64,000 nt of DNA from Mytilus edulis. Lineage: Eukaryota. The DNA is taken from NCBI RefSeq assembly GCF_963676685.1, contig NC_092349.1, forward strand, positions 4,030,001 to 4,094,000, written 5' to 3'. The notes beneath the pieces were generated by a model, which saw only the letters and a list, made by a program, of their open reading frames with translations, was not told where the DNA came from and ran no database searches. This document shows positions 63,896 to 64,000 of this stretch, piece after piece; position 1 is the stretch's first letter; every line of letters starts with the position of its first letter. Position numbers and translations under genes: made by a program.

Positions 63896-64000
63896 CTTAA
63901 CTCAGAATAAAATCATATAAATCTTTATTTGTATGAGACAAACGTGGTCTTGAACATTTGCCAGCCTGGCGATTCGAACAGTCGGTGCGGAGTGTCATTA

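Overview
AT-rich, intron-containing animal DNA. The repeat landscape points to a bivalve such as Mytilus, which is an inference. The left third holds a head-to-tail minus-strand array of 6-exon UBE2D/UbcH5-like ubiquitin-conjugating enzyme genes that the ORF track misses. One copy is catalytically intact (15974-22602, Cys86). One copy keeps its frame and splice sites but has Phe at the catalytic Cys (2172-6828). Exon 1 of a third copy is at 499-522. Between the two complete copies sits an intact, young Ngaro-type tyrosine-recombinase retrotransposon (8990-15441) with A1-gag-RT/RH-YR-B1-A2-B2 split direct repeats; gag and pol are separated only by an in-frame UGA-C. The right part holds a plus-strand Toll-like receptor cluster in birth-and-death turnover: one intact TLR (42896-45451), a recent near-identical duplicate with stops, a paralog cut inside its TIR domain by a LINE with a 6-bp TSD, an old pseudogene and a TIR remnant. 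Also present are hammerhead-ribozyme retrozyme repeats (two with intact cores), a Penelope-like RT, a YqaJ-domain transposon relic and many MITEs. All coordinates and translations were read by hand.
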